Shown here: piece by piece, positions 1 through 13,279 of the stretch | Position numbering within the stretch: position 1 is the stretch's first letter | Layout: each line of letters begins with the position of its first letter | Assembly: GCF_003918875.1 (NCBI RefSeq) | Contig: NW_025767614.1 | Span: forward strand, 248,001-312,000 | Direction of reading: 5' to 3' | DNA: 64,000 nt | DNA from: Haliotis rubra | Lineage: Eukaryota | Made by a program: the position numbers and the translations under genes | The notes under the pieces: generated by a model | Seen by the model: only the letters and a program-made list of their open reading frames with translations | Database searches by the model: none | What the model was told of the DNA's origin: nothing

Positions 1-119
1 AATATCACGACAGGGGACACCAGAAATGGGCTTTATACATTGTGCCCATGTGGGGAATTGAACCGGGTCCTAAGCGTGACGAGCGAACGCCTTAACCACT
101 AGGGTACCCCATTGCCCCT
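1..119 (-). mobile_element. tRNA-headed SINE, family A (cut by window edge)
   Basis: Reverse complement matches GGGTAGCCTAGTGGTTAAAGCGTTCGCTCGTCACG...GGTTCGATTCCCCACATGGGTACAATGTGTGAAGCCCATTTCTGGTGTCCCC. Confidence 0.8.
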
Positions 120-749
120 CATTTTAAGAATCTGACAGAGAGGATGGGATAAAGTAGGAAAGGAACTCTAAACTTATGGGTAAGGTGAAGATTCCGTAAT
201 TTATTGTCAACCAATACAATAACTGTATTATAACATGTGCCTTGTATCATGATACAATACTGTACTGTTGACAAGGAACAACCCTCTTGCTATCATTACC
301 AGACTAGCCCCAAAAGTCTTTCACTAAGATAACAAAACATTACTCTGAGATGAAAGGTCGCTAGGAAAAGTCAAACAAATAAACAAAACATGTCTAACAA
401 AGTAATCACATCTGTGCAATGCTCTGCTTAAATCGCGACATCCACATAGGTCTAATTGTACACATTCACACACTAATTACAATATATTGATCTCCAATAG
501 ATATTTTGTTGGTCAAATATGGTCCACTCCTTCACAATACACCTTGGACATACAGTGAGTGAGTGAGTTAAAATTTAACATCACATCGGCAATATTTCAG
601 CCATATAGTGACGAGAAAAGGTTTACATACACATTAATTACAAGTAGTTAAATAACCAGTCATCGAAGGACTGTAAAATATCTAGAGTATCACAGATGGT
701 GTCCTTGGACATACAGAGAATCAGTGAGATCTATGTGTGCATCACTCAC

Positions 750-3700
750 ATCACAGTAGCCAGTTCCTGAGCAGGGTCTGTTCGGGTCTCCTGGACAGGG
801 CTTACACTCGGGGCCGAAAGTGTTCTCTGGGCAGCATGCTGAAACAAATAATGTTTGAAATTGGGTACACTACTCCAGGGGCCCTTGCCACAGACCTCAC
901 ATCGATAATCCTAGATTGAGTAATTCCTCAAAATACAAATACTGATCAGCAAACAGATCTAATTATTGATATGTTCTAAACCAAAATGCCTCAAGAACAT
1001 TACTTCAACACACAGCTGGGTTGTAGACTTGAAGGACCATCACAATGAACAAACAGAAAGAAACAAAATCCTTTGATAGGGGTGAAACGGTATGCTCTTG
1101 CCACAGTACGGTATGTATTGCGGTACAAGGTCCTTGGTGCGGTCCATTTCGGTTCGGTATATGAATTATGATCATAATGCAGAAAATTGACAAGAGCCAA
1201 ACCTCACATTGTTTAATAACATGGAAAAAACCCCATAATCTTTGTTATTTTGAATGAACAAAACTGTCATTTTACAACTAGATAGAAGAACAGTACGAAA
1301 AACGAAAATAACGAATTTTTGGATTGCATTACAGTATACCAAACCGAGGCAAAATACGGCGACTCTACTAATACCGCAGTATACCATTTCACCACTATCC
1401 TTTGACAGGCTTCCAGTTTGTATCTTTCTGCAATAACTAAGAATATAAAGTGAGTTACCATGGAGCCACATTATTTCTTTACCAGCAAACTCTTACCTTT
1501 AATATTATCGATACAAAGCCATTGGTGGAAGTCATAATTGTCCTTTTTAGCAAACTCTTTGAACCAGAAGGCTTCAATCCGATCTTCATATTCTTCTAGC
1601 ATTGAGTGGCACTATACAGATCAAAACAAGACAATCATACACGGGCAACAAACATATTTTCAGTGGAACATTGTTTGATATCTACAAAATAATAACAAAT
1701 AACAGACAGTAAATAGGTCATAAATAAGAATGGTCTTTCCAAAAGCTCAGATTGGTTTATTTGTTGCTTAATGCTGCACTCAGCTGATATTCCAGCTAAG
1801 TGGCAGTGGTCTGTAAATAACTGAGTCTGGACCAGACAATCCAGTGATCAACCATATGAGCATGGATCTACTCACCTGGGATACGATAACTGTCATATGT
1901 TTTAACATTTCTAGAAAGGCTACACAAATAGATACTTACCTCTTTTGCACCTCCCTTGCATAAATGATCTTCCATAATTTCCACAAGGCGCACTTCACTG
2001 TCATAAAAAAAGTAAAATGTGAATGCACACAATATTTAATGCAGTTTGTATCAATTTTTCAACTCCTATTAAGTGTTACATAACTTCTCCTCACTTCTCA
2101 TTCATCTGACTGGGTTAAAAAATGATACTAGTCCACACAGAGTGTGGAAGTTGTTTTCCCCAAAATCTAGTTATTTTACATGAACCACAATAACAAAATG
2201 TGTTGTGGACAACATGTGACCAAATATGTAGAATTTGAACCCTTACACATGCAGTGGTTTCAGAATGCATGTAGTTTTCTGTAGACCATGAAAAAAATAT
2301 GAAACTAGGAATATTTCTGTTATTCACGTTCCCACAGTCTTAATTAGCCTGTGCAAGATTCAATAAATCATCCCTCAGATCCTGTATTTTCTTAATTACC
2401 CATTGTCACTCACTTTCAATAGCCTAATCAGGAAAGCTCACAAACTTGCCACATCTCGTCAAACTGCTTACATAACTGACTACTACACACACATGCTAGC
2501 TTGTCTATACTGTTTGATAATCACGCTACCCCTGTCTTCCTTGTCAAGTAAAACACATTCATCTATAGTTAAAAAATCACCAACTTGCACTAAATTATAA
2601 AATCAGCACACTGTTTCCTACTTATGAAAAATAATATGAACAAAAGTGGCTTTCATCACTGGTAATCTTCACAGGATGTCACAAAATTTTCAAGCTGCAG
2701 TACAGGCTGCTGATAGCCACTCAAAATAATGCCATGGCACAAAACTTTCCTGCTTTACAGTATGAATTATTCACTAACAATCAGAATTATTTGCCACCTG
2801 CTACTTTTACCAGAACATGAGCGCAGTTCAGGCAGTTGTTAACCACTCAAAATAACTGCACGATGCAAAACTTTGCAGCTTTACAGAACTAACCATTCAG
2901 TAACAATCATGATGACAGGATTATCTGACACCGGCATCTGGTACAATGGGCTTCATATCATACCTCTTGGCATAACTTCCCAGTGATTTTTCCTCCCAGT
3001 TTGTATTTCCACCACCATAATTTGATTTTGCCGTCTTTTTTAATCCCTGAAAGATGAAAATGTAGCATGAGATAGTTCGATAGTCTCGTGGGCAGTGGGA
3101 ATTTGTTGTGCAATATAATGCAGAAAGCAAGAATCTGTGCAAGATATTAGTGAAGTAGAGTGTAATTAGGAGACTGGTTAGGATACTCATGAATTGCTCA
3201 TGTTTTAATATCTTTACCAATTTCATCCAAAGTAGTATTTGCAATAAGAATGTTTGTATGAATGCATTACACCAGACACCTTCAGCCATATTCTATTATG
3301 CACAAACATATTGGGGTTTAAGGTTAGTTCTTTACATGAACATAACAGTAGGTACCTAATCCAATATGGTAGGTAGGTGTCTGTTGTAATGCATGTGTAC
3401 CATAATGTTTCACAATAGTTTAACTATTTGGTGGAAAAAATAATCATTTACTACAGAGACCTTGAGTACTATATATAGTCCAGCATATAACTAGACGACT
3501 TTGCACTATACCAAGGTGTGCTCTATGTAGGCCTTGGCTGGAATACGAGTTTATTCATATGAACTAAGTACTAAGTGAGTGAGAAAGCTGGTTCAGTGTC
3601 ATTTAGACAATGCATTGACACATAGGATTGAATATGTTTAGGGACTTTAATCAATGGATCAGAAATTCCTTTTCAGTTAGAACATATATGGAATATGGTC

Positions 3701-3942
3701 TCTAATCAAACCAGATACCACACACCAATAAGTGATCTCTGACTTGACTAACATGCACGACTTACCTCCTGAAAACTGCTGACTAAACCTTTACACGTGG
3801 AACAGTCAGGCGTTTTCTTCTTTTTAGCTTGGACAAGAACAGGCATCCCCAACAGCAATATGAACACAATCACAACAACCAAAACATTCTTCACTGACAC
3901 GCAACCGGCCAGGAGTGCTCGCTTCCTAATATCCCCATGCAT
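750..3942 (-). CDS. CRELD2: CRELD (cysteine-rich with EGF-like domains) protein, 5' part. Exons 3942-3766, 3046-2964, 1997-1940, 1611-1497, 838-750; continues beyond the left edge
   Basis: GT-AG exons join in frame (phases 0,2,0,1,0). They give a signal peptide, CSTC (CXXC), the WE-domain motifs NYGGGNTNWEEKSLGSYAKSEVRLVEIME, CHSMLEEYEDRIEAFWF and WLCID, then the EGF start CCPENTFGPECKPCPGDPNRPCSGTGYC. CRELD1 versus CRELD2 cannot be resolved from this part. Confidence 0.93.
1077..1397. mobile_element. hAT-type MITE in CRELD intron 4
   Basis: Termini TAGGGGTGAAACGGTAT / ATACCATTTCACCACTA, with 8-bp TSD TCCTTTGA at 1069-1076 and 1398-1405. Confidence 0.8.
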
Positions 3943-4321
3943 GTTTGGAAAGTTCGTGCCTTTAGACTTGGGGAATATTTTGAGTGATGATTAAAGAAAC
4001 AACATGGAAAAGAGGAGTCTACGATTCCTGTTAAAAATGCACAGATTTGGTGTCCGACGGAGTCTTCTTAACGTTACCCGAGAGGATATTTCCAGAAACG
4101 AACAACGAAATGCACCTGCTTCGAAAGACTGTATCTAAACTGCTCACACCGTGGAAATGGAATGCTGTGAATTTATAGCGATTTCTACTCGTTTTCCCGA
4201 ATCCCAGGAGCTCTTATCAACTGTTTATATCTCCACGTAAGTGTTAGGACACCCATTTGGTGACTGCAAACACGGTGAGCCTACACATGCTGACTAGCAG
4301 CCGACATTCTCTTAATTTCAA

Positions 4322-4340
4322 CCAATCAAAACCGGCCACG
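4322..4340 (+). promoter_or_regulatory. ER stress response element (ERSE) upstream of CRELD
   Basis: Exact CCAAT-N9-CCACG (CCAATcaaaaccggCCACG), about 380 bp upstream of the CRELD ATG. Confidence 0.75.
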
Positions 4341-5873
4341 ACATTCATTTCCCCTATAATGGTTGTAATAAAAGTAGGACTCCTTGATAGGAAAATGATC
4401 CAATGACAAGAACTAAAATGATTTCAAGCAAACAACACCCAGTTAGGAAACAAATTACTGAATGTGAAATTCAGTATTAAGTATATACCACTATGATTAA
4501 TTACATGATTGATTTGATCAAGGATAAAAACGTTTTAGAGCCCTCAAGGAATAACACGTACATGCCGATTTCGGTTTAAAGTCCAGATGTCTGAAAATGT
4601 GTTATCTTCGACAGATTGGCCAATCATTTTAACACACATACTTTTGTTTTATCTTAAATTATATTTAGGAAATATTTACTCAATTTATTGATGTCAAAGC
4701 GGTATAGAAGTCGACTGAGTCGAAGGATAGAAGATGAATATCAGCTTTACTTGTACGTGCTAATTAGGACTTTTAAATTAAATGTCTTCTAAAGATATAG
4801 ATCTGTATGCATCACTAATATATATGCATTCAGTTAAAAAGATAATTGCCACAAACTACACAGAACAAAACAAAAATCACTATTTCTGTTTATATATGTA
4901 GCAAGAAAGTATTTGTTAACTTAAAATTGTGTATATTCTCACAACCATACGCGACCCTCTATTTCTCTGGACAGCGCTCGCATTTGAAATGCAAATCCAG
5001 AAAAAAGAGGATACTACGACACAAGTGAACTGGGTTTTTTTGTTTGTTTTTTTTGCATGGACGTAATGCCATCATACTGTATAAGGTATTGTTTGATTGA
5101 CTGAGTCTTGTCGTTCTTGAAAATGTATGTTTCAACGACTCAACAGAAAACAAGTCCCAATTGCGTAGATCGATGCTCATGCTGTTGATCCCTGGATTGT
5201 CTGGTCCAGATTCGATTATTTACAGACCGCCGCCATATAGCTGGAATATTGCTGAGTGCGGCGTAAAACTAAACTCACTCACGCAGAAAAACAACTTATG
5301 TTCCCATTTAAGTGAGTATGGTTTTACGCTGCATTTAGCAATACTCTAGTAATATCACGGACGGGGACAACAGAAATAGGCTTCACACATTGTACCTATG
5401 TGGGGAATCGAACCCAGGTCTTTCGCGAGACTAGCGAACACTTCAACCACTAGGCTACCTAACCGAACTGTTCCCATTTAAAGTACAGTCAGAGTGGTAT
5501 ATTGTATGGGAATGTAAGATCTGATTGGATATGTCACTGAGTAGGGTTTTACACGGCTATTTGCATTATTCCATTATTGCAGCAATAATCGCGCGTGGGA
5601 CACCAGAAAAGGGCTTCACATATTGTACGTAACATAGGCGGGTCCAGAGGTGTGTGTGTGCGTGCGTGCGTGCAGGGGGTGCGGCGGACACCCCTACCAC
5701 CACCCCACCACCCCTAATTCCACAAAGTTTGTTAAATGACCATTGAAACTCGGGTGGAAATTAGGTGTGCAAGGGTCTTGACAGACTTGCTACCCCACCG
5801 CCCCATATTGCATATGGAATCAGACTAGAGAAACTGTAGGGAGGTACATTTAGGGCTTTAGCACTGCAGAGAG

Positions 5874-5958
5874 CATTCGTTACCAACTCGTGTTATTCCG
5901 GGACAAGCCGAATAGCGTCTTCTTGGAGGTTACGGAAAGGGGCGAGTGGTGACGAATG
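5874..5958. mobile_element. 85-bp Mutator-type MITE
   Basis: TIR CATTCGTTACCA / TGGTGACGAATG, with 9-bp TSD TGCAGAGAG at 5865-5873 and 5959-5967. Near-identical copy at 20315-20399. Confidence 0.8.
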
Positions 5959-6479
5959 TGCAGAGAGGGCTTGGCAGTAGGGAAGATAATGTGGTTCAGG
6001 GACTGTGAGACAGACTAAAATAGGGAGGGACATACTGCCATTTTGAATGGACCCAGAAATATGGGCTCTGGGAGGTGTGATGTTGGGATTTTACGTACGC
6101 TTAAAAAAGATTGCAAACGACATGGAACATTCAGTATCTAACTCCGTCTGGCAGACAGGTGTTGATAAAGTGGTTATGCACACAGTAACGTACAGCTGGC
6201 CTTCTGGCCATGGAATCGCCCAACAAAGTAAAAATTGAAGCCTATTGTCACACACGTAGATTCAGACAGCAGTGATTCAGATTATGAAATGAATGTCATA
6301 TGTAAGGTGACATGTGGTTAAAGGTCTCGTTCCACGTTGTTTCATTTAAACAGCAATGTGCGTGCTCGTGCTTAAGTGCGTTTGTGTCTGCTTTTACTAG
6401 TCCGGACCGTTGTCGGTTTTATGGTGCGAGCCCTTTGAGGTAGCACACCCTATTATGCATACCCACAGTATTCCGACGT

Positions 6480-7140
6480 CTCAAAAGAATAGTCCTAGTT
6501 TTATTCTCTTACTGTCAGGCAGGGTAACAACACGTACCTGCAGATCTCTTGACGTCTTTCGGTACGTTGGTCAGATAAAAAAATAGCCATCTTCTACACG
6601 TTAAGGATCGCCGTTGTCGGGCATGGAGACGTCATAACACCAGGGGATGGTCCGTGCAGCTGAACCCCTTGGTGATGTGGGGTTGTGTTTCGTAAGACGG
6701 CAAGTTGTATCTCATTACAGTACATGTGAATCTCAGTGGTCAAGGTTATCAACAGAATGTCCTAGACTCGTCGTCGTACCACATTTTGATTACCATCCTT
6801 TACCAACGCTAGACTTCCCGAGTCGTCATCGCCCATTTGCAGAACAACGCCATCGAAACATTACCCTGGTTCGCAAGGAGCCCCATCGAACATTTTGGGA
6901 TCATCTTGATCGCCAAGTTTAAGCCAGAGATCCTCCTGTTCAAATCTGCAGGGACTGATGCAGGCAAACTACCAGGAATGGCAGAGGGTTCCGATGTTGA
7001 GAATCCGATGCTTGATTGCCATCGTGCGGAAGAGACTGGCAGCTGTTATACGTGCAAGGGGTAGCTAAACCAGGTACTGACGTGGTGGCCAGTGGTGGTT
7101 CTTTACAATCAAATCAATCATATTTGTTCTGCGTAACAAT
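6480..7140 (+). mobile_element. Degenerate Tc1-like transposase relic
   Basis: Frameshifted peptides LVMWGCVS-DGKLYLITVHVNLSGQGYQQNVL, VVVPHF and LPWFARSP-IEH resemble Tc1 DDE motifs (MVWGC; WPARSPDLNPIEH). Boundaries approximate. Confidence 0.6.
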
Positions 7141-7884
7141 CCAATTGGTGGCGTAATCATGGTGACAATATGTTTTTGTGTGTTCCTCTCATATTGCAGA
7201 TTAATTGTTAAACCAAATTACGCTAAAATGTTTTGCGGGAAAACCTCGAAAATAAAACCTGCGCGAAATATAATACGTTTACAGTATTTTGAATTTCAAT
7301 TCATTTTTTTAACTGAGAGTAAAATATGTTACAGTTACCAATTTGATACACTAAATGTGCTAAGCCTAGACATGTAGCGTTTTCGTACTAATATAAAACA
7401 GAGTGGGTGATGGTTGTTTGAATGCTAATGTGTTTGTCTTCGCGTTTTCACATCACTTCATTTACAGAACTTAGTCATCCTTGGTCTGTTATAATAATAT
7501 CAACATTATGAAATAATATTATAAGATCACAAACAGGATATGTGCGTCATGAACCTTTATTATTTGAAATATAACACAAATAATACAAGTATGTACAAAA
7601 TATTTACACCATGTTCACACATGACTGTCTTGTACACTTGAGATACGGACTTTATATATATTATAAACAAGTTACCGTAAATATTTACACACAGGTAAAC
7701 GGAAAACAAGAGTTTTCAAACATTCAACTCTACAACTGTATTGACTTCTTCCGCATCTGGCTATCAGCATCCCTTGGCCTGTTTGCTAATATTCTTTTGT
7801 TGTTGTTTTTCGAGTTAATGTTCTTGATATATTTCCACCATCCACCGTTGTCTACATCCTGACAGCCATTACCAGCGCGATGAT

Positions 7885-8488
7885 CTACTTATTTGCTGGG
7901 TTCTGCCTCTTCGCCGCCCGCTCTTCTTCAAGCTTTTTCAGTTTCACCTCCCTCATCTGGAGCTGATGTTCCGCCCTCATTTTCTTGAGGAACTGGCGAC
8001 GTTTCTTCTCGTCCTTGACAGCCTTTGTGTTTGATTTCCCTGTCCAGTTGTTTTCTCTGGACTTGCTCCACAAACCTGTATGAAATTATATGGAATTAGA
8101 TCAATATAAAATTCATACAAAGGCACGAGTAATCATTACACATGTTTTACCTGTCCAGTCGGAATAGATCAGCCTTCTGTCTCCTCCTCTCAGCTGTGTA
8201 GAAGCATCGCACTAGGATTTGCTCCAGACGCCGGGGAGCTTTGCCACGGGGAACAACCCCTTCCACGGCGGGGACAGAGAAGGCCACCCCTCCGCTGGAC
8301 TGACGGTCGGGGACCAAGCCCTCGTCTCGTAGCTGTTGAAGAATCTCCGCCCCTGACAGACGGGGTGTGGGCCGTGTCACCTGACACTTGGCGTAGTACA
8401 GCTCGTGAGGACAGTTGATCTTGCCCGTCAGAGCCTCCTCGGGAGATGTCTGCTTGAAAGGCGTAACCTTGGTCTGTTTGCAACCCAT
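7885..8488 (-). CDS. Stathmin-domain-containing (STMND1-like) protein. Exon 1 8488-8151, exon 2 8075-7885; apparent 1-nt frameshift near 8021-8040
   Basis: MGC N-terminus (acylation-type). Motif series RLSGAEILQQLRDEGLV...GGVAFSV...KAPRRLEQI...AERRRQ parallels STMND1 (SSDILEEL..GII...SYDV...KPPSRL...AEERRK). GT-AG intron 8150-8076. Charged coiled-coil C-terminus. Confidence 0.65.
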
Positions 8489-9590
8489 ATTAAATAGATA
8501 TCCTTTGGCATCTATGAAACACGTCAAGTCTCCACGAATGCTGTCGAGACAATAACGTGACGACACAATTACGTGACGTCATAATGAAGTGGCGTCATTT
8601 ACTTGCCCATTCCAGTTATGAACATGATCGCCCATTCCCGCCCATCCCGCTGATGTTGTCAAAAGTATACAATCAAAACATTAAATTAGTTTACAGTTAT
8701 CCGTTTCTGCGAAGGAAAATTCCAAACTGACGTTTCTTTTGCTGCCTAGTATATGTTATCATATGTTATCATATGCTAACTAAAAACCTTAACCAGAATA
8801 AAGAAGCCGCCCATCATATCTTAACTAAACAAAGGACAAGTCACTAAAACAATTGGTGAAGCTTATTTGAAAAAACCCCGGTATTGATTCCCTTACCCAA
8901 TGTGGCTTTCGCGGCGATTCGCGGCACCGAGGTTTGTACTTGAACTGTGGCTTTAGCGGCAATTGGTATTTTTGAAATGTGACTTTCCCGGGCGGACACC
9001 AAGAGTGCGGGCGTTTTCCTGCATCCGGCGGCGTTTGGTCGGCTTCTGGCCAGCTTCTAGTTGAAGTAAAGTTCTTGTGGGCAAAGTTCCGAACACTGGC
9101 GAGGAGGATAACCACGATGATTGATACAACATTTCGATGACATCTCTATCGTACGATATCAAATACAATAATATGCAGAAATATTAAAACTCATTTTGAT
9201 GCTGAAATGTACAATATTGTCTCTATGAAGTGAAAGATTGTTATGCTATGTAAAACTTGAACGTACCTAAGGTGTCCGAACGATTAAAGAACCACTAAAC
9301 TTTGTTTTTGTTACTCTTTTAACCATTACATATGAAGATTTGTGGTTAGTCTTATGCGGAACACCAAATTTATTCTTTAAAAACTTGTGGTTAATTAATA
9401 CCGAGCGATTAAAAGTGGCCAAAAAGTCGCCTGCTTCCTCTCGCCCGCCAACGAAACCACAGACGGGTTACGTAACTCTGTCGCCAGAGCACTGCAGTGA
9501 CGTCATATGAGGAACGATTTTCAGTTAGTTGTATAGAAAGTGTGTAGCACGCTCTCATCATTTTGATGATTTCTCGACATCAACGACGAC

Positions 9591-9757
9591 ATGCCGAATC
9601 GTTGCTTTGCCGTCAATTGCTCTAGGGTCGGGTGATGATGGTGTCACCATGCACAGATTTCCACAGGACCCCGCAGTTCGTGGTAAATGGGTTATGTTTG
9701 TGAGTGCGAAGCGAGCGTTGTGGAAGCCTGAAACGATATCTTACTTGTGTTCGGAGA
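9591..9757 (+). pseudogene. Frameshifted THAP zinc-finger fragment, probably from a DNA transposon
   Basis: MPNRCFAVNCS (frameshift) GVTMHRFPQDPAVRGKWVMFVSAKRALWKPETISYLCSE fits the THAP C-x4-C...FP...W...LCS pattern. An 18-bp inverted repeat (GTGACGTCATATGAGGAA about 9497 / TTCCTCATATGACGTCAC about 11638) suggests a larger TIR element. Confidence 0.65.
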
Positions 9758-12443
9758 TCGCTTCACGGAAGTTAAAGAATCAAAACTACTTACTAGTTAT
9801 AGTAAAATATGTATATGATTGATGACCATAAAGATTTTCCATAACACAACTTGTAACATAACGATTTCTTCCTCGGAAGTGAGGTTGTGGTCGAAGTAAC
9901 AATAATATTGTAAGTAGTATTATATTGACACCCACCTCGCTGCCACGAGAAATTGTTATGTTATACATATGTCATGCAAAATCCTATTGGCCATCAATAA
10001 AATACATATTTTACTACCAGTAGAAAAGTAGTTTTGATTTTTATAACTCAGTGAAAACAAACCTAAATAGCATTTATCCACAGACTGGCGGATGTTCCCG
10101 ATAGGGCGCCGCCATTTTGAAAATCGTAAAAGTCTGTTAGAATTAATGAGATTATAGTTTGTTTTCATCAGGATTAGAAAATCAATACTACTTTCTACTC
10201 GTAGTTAAATATGTATTGGAATCATAACCAAAAGGATTTTGCATGACACAACTTATAACATAACGATTTCTTCCACGGAAGCGAGGTGAGGGTCGAAGTC
10301 ACAATACTGCGCGATAAATTTCTTGCTACATTCACATGGTTAATGTCCACTCACCAGTATGTAGATACTAGTCAATGTGCGTCTTTATATTTGGTCTTAT
10401 AATCCTAATTAGTTTATTATCATACTTTTATGCATTTTGAAACTAAATAAAAGCTGACGATCTGCTGATACTTATAGTGAATTTATAACAGAACTGTAAT
10501 ATCTAGACATTTTATAGTTTGCCAATGTGAATCATAATTCGCACACACACCCTAGTGTATGTTGTCTGTCTCATTACACTTCACGGCGAAAACAATGATT
10601 CTGTTGAATGCTACGACAAATGAATAAAAAACAAAATGCAAATATTAAAATTAAAACAGATTAAAGTTATAGGAACAATATCAGGCCATTACCTTGTTTG
10701 AGGAATGTATCCATCAATATCCACAAAACTGTTCCAAATGATGTGTCTTTTTAACAGTTTAATATACGAAAAAAAGTGACAAATCTTTTCCAGGTATTGG
10801 TGTATAGTCTCATTGGTCACCCAAGATAGCACATCTGGCAACTAATTGCATAATGTCCGCCTTTCATTAAAAACAGTAATTTAGTTAGCCAATAATGGGC
10901 AATCAATCAATGTATTGCCGGTTAATCCTTTGAAGAAGGACGTTGTTTTACGCAGACACCGACACGGCAGAGTGTATTCAGTATAGATTAGTAAATCTAC
11001 ATACATAAACACTACCTTTTGACAAATCCGCTGTGTAAGATAAAAGTAATTAATCAATCAGCGTGTTATCGGTTAATCCTTTGATCGATGTTTATAATGT
11101 TGAATATTTACTCCAGACACAAGAAATGCCAAATGGGAACCTTTGTCCGGGTAATCTAAGTGTGTTACCACTAATTATACCTGTTATAAATTCATTAACT
11201 GACCATCAAAGTGAATGATGACAAATAACATGTGTAGGTTTATACCACCTAACACGGGTTACAACAAGGGAGTATTAATTGCTGTATTGCATGTGAAAAC
11301 TTATGGGCCGACACTGTTTTGAGGGAATTCAAACAGATTTTTACATGACATGATTAAATATCGAGGTAAAAAACACAGAAATGGGATCAATTTGGATCAG
11401 TCATTATACAAATGGGGCCTAACGACACCAATCAATTGTGACAGAAGCGTCTATGAAAACAAGTTGTAACTCGGAAACTAGGAAAAGCAGGAGACAAAAT
11501 TAAATGACAGTAGATTGTGAGAACATATAGCTTTCATTTTCCACAACGATTGTCACGATTTCAGGTTTATACAAGCCTGTAAACAAGATAATTTACCCCT
11601 AAAATGTAGATGAATTCTGCATCGGCCCTCAAAGCTATTCCTCATATGACGTCACAGAGTCGCGCCGCTCTGATTGGTTGAAATTTCGTTCGCGGGTGAG
11701 AATTGTGCACTGTTGTCAAAAAGGTCGATTTAAGTCAATTAAAGGTTGAAATGAGTAGTTTTAATGACGGGGTTTCATTTATAACGATGCCAGTTAGTGA
11801 TTTATGTATTTTACCCCTAGGGTTTATGTGACCTTTAAATTCAAGACAATTATATATTTCCTGTCCAAGTCCTGTCCAGAAAATCCGAATTTGCAAGTTT
11901 CAAACTTGATTTTAAGGCCTCAGGTGATAATTGACCAAACAATACAAGCCAAAAAGCCATGAACGGATTTGTGTGTTTGTGAGGATGTTAGAAAGTTGAG
12001 GTAAATCATAAATCATTAAATAATATATGGCGGGTATTAGATTCATGTTATGTATGCAGTTTTCGTTATTAGATTCCTTCGATGTCCATCAGACATATAG
12101 GCGTTTCTTCAAACAAATTCATGACGCCTTACACATACAAAGCCGTAACAATGACATCTAACAGCAGAAGCTTGGTGTAAAATCCCACTCACTCAAAAAC
12201 AAATAAAATGAATGAATGAATAGAAAATAAACAAACAAAAAATCCACACACCCCCGAAAATAAAACAAACAAACAAACACAACAAACAAAAAACCCAAAC
12301 AAAAACATCCACACGCTTCAAAGTAAATGTTGATGTGTCTGAAAAAATAAATAATCTTGTTAACATCTTGTTAATGTTGTATGCATTTATGCACCATATG
12401 GCCCTTTTCTATGCCATTGATCGTATTTACTGTTCATCACATT

Positions 12444-12617
12444 NNNNNNNNNNNNNNNNNNNNNNNNNNNNNNNNNNNNNNNNNNNNNNNNNNNNNNNNN
12501 NNNNNNNNNNNNNNNNNNNNNNNNNNNNNNNNNNNNNNNNNNNNNNNNNNNNNNNNNNNNNNNNNNNNNNNNNNNNNNNNNNNNNNNNNNNNNNNNNNNN
12601 NNNNNNNNNNNNNNNNN
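12444..12617. other. Assembly gap (174 N)
   Basis: Run of N. Confidence 0.99.
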
Positions 12618-13279
12618 ATGAAAGCTTGCAAAGTTACAATTTGAATATGCAATAAACTTTAAGGTTTCGTAATATCTTAGTAAACTCATATAAAAAGCCT
12701 TGTTTATTGCTTATTTTTGACATGTTATAAGGCAGAATAATCAAACTTTTCACTGCACCTCCCCTTCAGACGAAGGTGGTCCTCAAGTTTTAGCGTTTGC
12801 AAAAATATCTTCGGACGGACGGAATTCTTTGGAATAACCATGTACTGCGACTTTTATAGGATATACAGCTGGAATTTTGCAACATCAAATACATAGTGAA
12901 TGAGTGAATGAATTGTGGCTTAGCCCTGACTTCAGCAACCTGCTATGTTCGATGTTGGGGACCTGCTAACATCTTCACTGCAGGTGAATTGAACAATTCC
13001 AGAAGTATACAGTTTTACGCCGCATCATCAACATATCAGCACTTTAACGGTGGTCTACATTCAGGAATGAGTATGATTTTTCCCCGCTTTTAGCAATATT
13101 CCGGCATTATCACGACAGAGGGACACCAGAAATGAGCTTCACACATTGAACCCATGTGGGTTGTCGAGCGAACACGTCAACCACTAGGCTATCCCCCGCC
13201 TTGAACATTTAGGAATCTAACCTACAAATATTTATTCATAAGAACCCCCATCCTATTGCTCCATCATGTAATAAATTGT

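Noticed and set aside
8489-8566. 26-aa N-terminal extension of the STMND1-like ORF
   Set aside because: It starts at a non-ATG codon; the ATG at 8488 gives the family-typical MGC start.
9267-11838. Complete Kolobok-like transposon around the THAP fragment
   Set aside because: A TTAA-type end at about 11838 and an internal inverted motif are suggestive, but I could not match both termini or find a transposase core.
12335-12689. ORFs spanning the N run
   Set aside because: Artefacts of the assembly gap.
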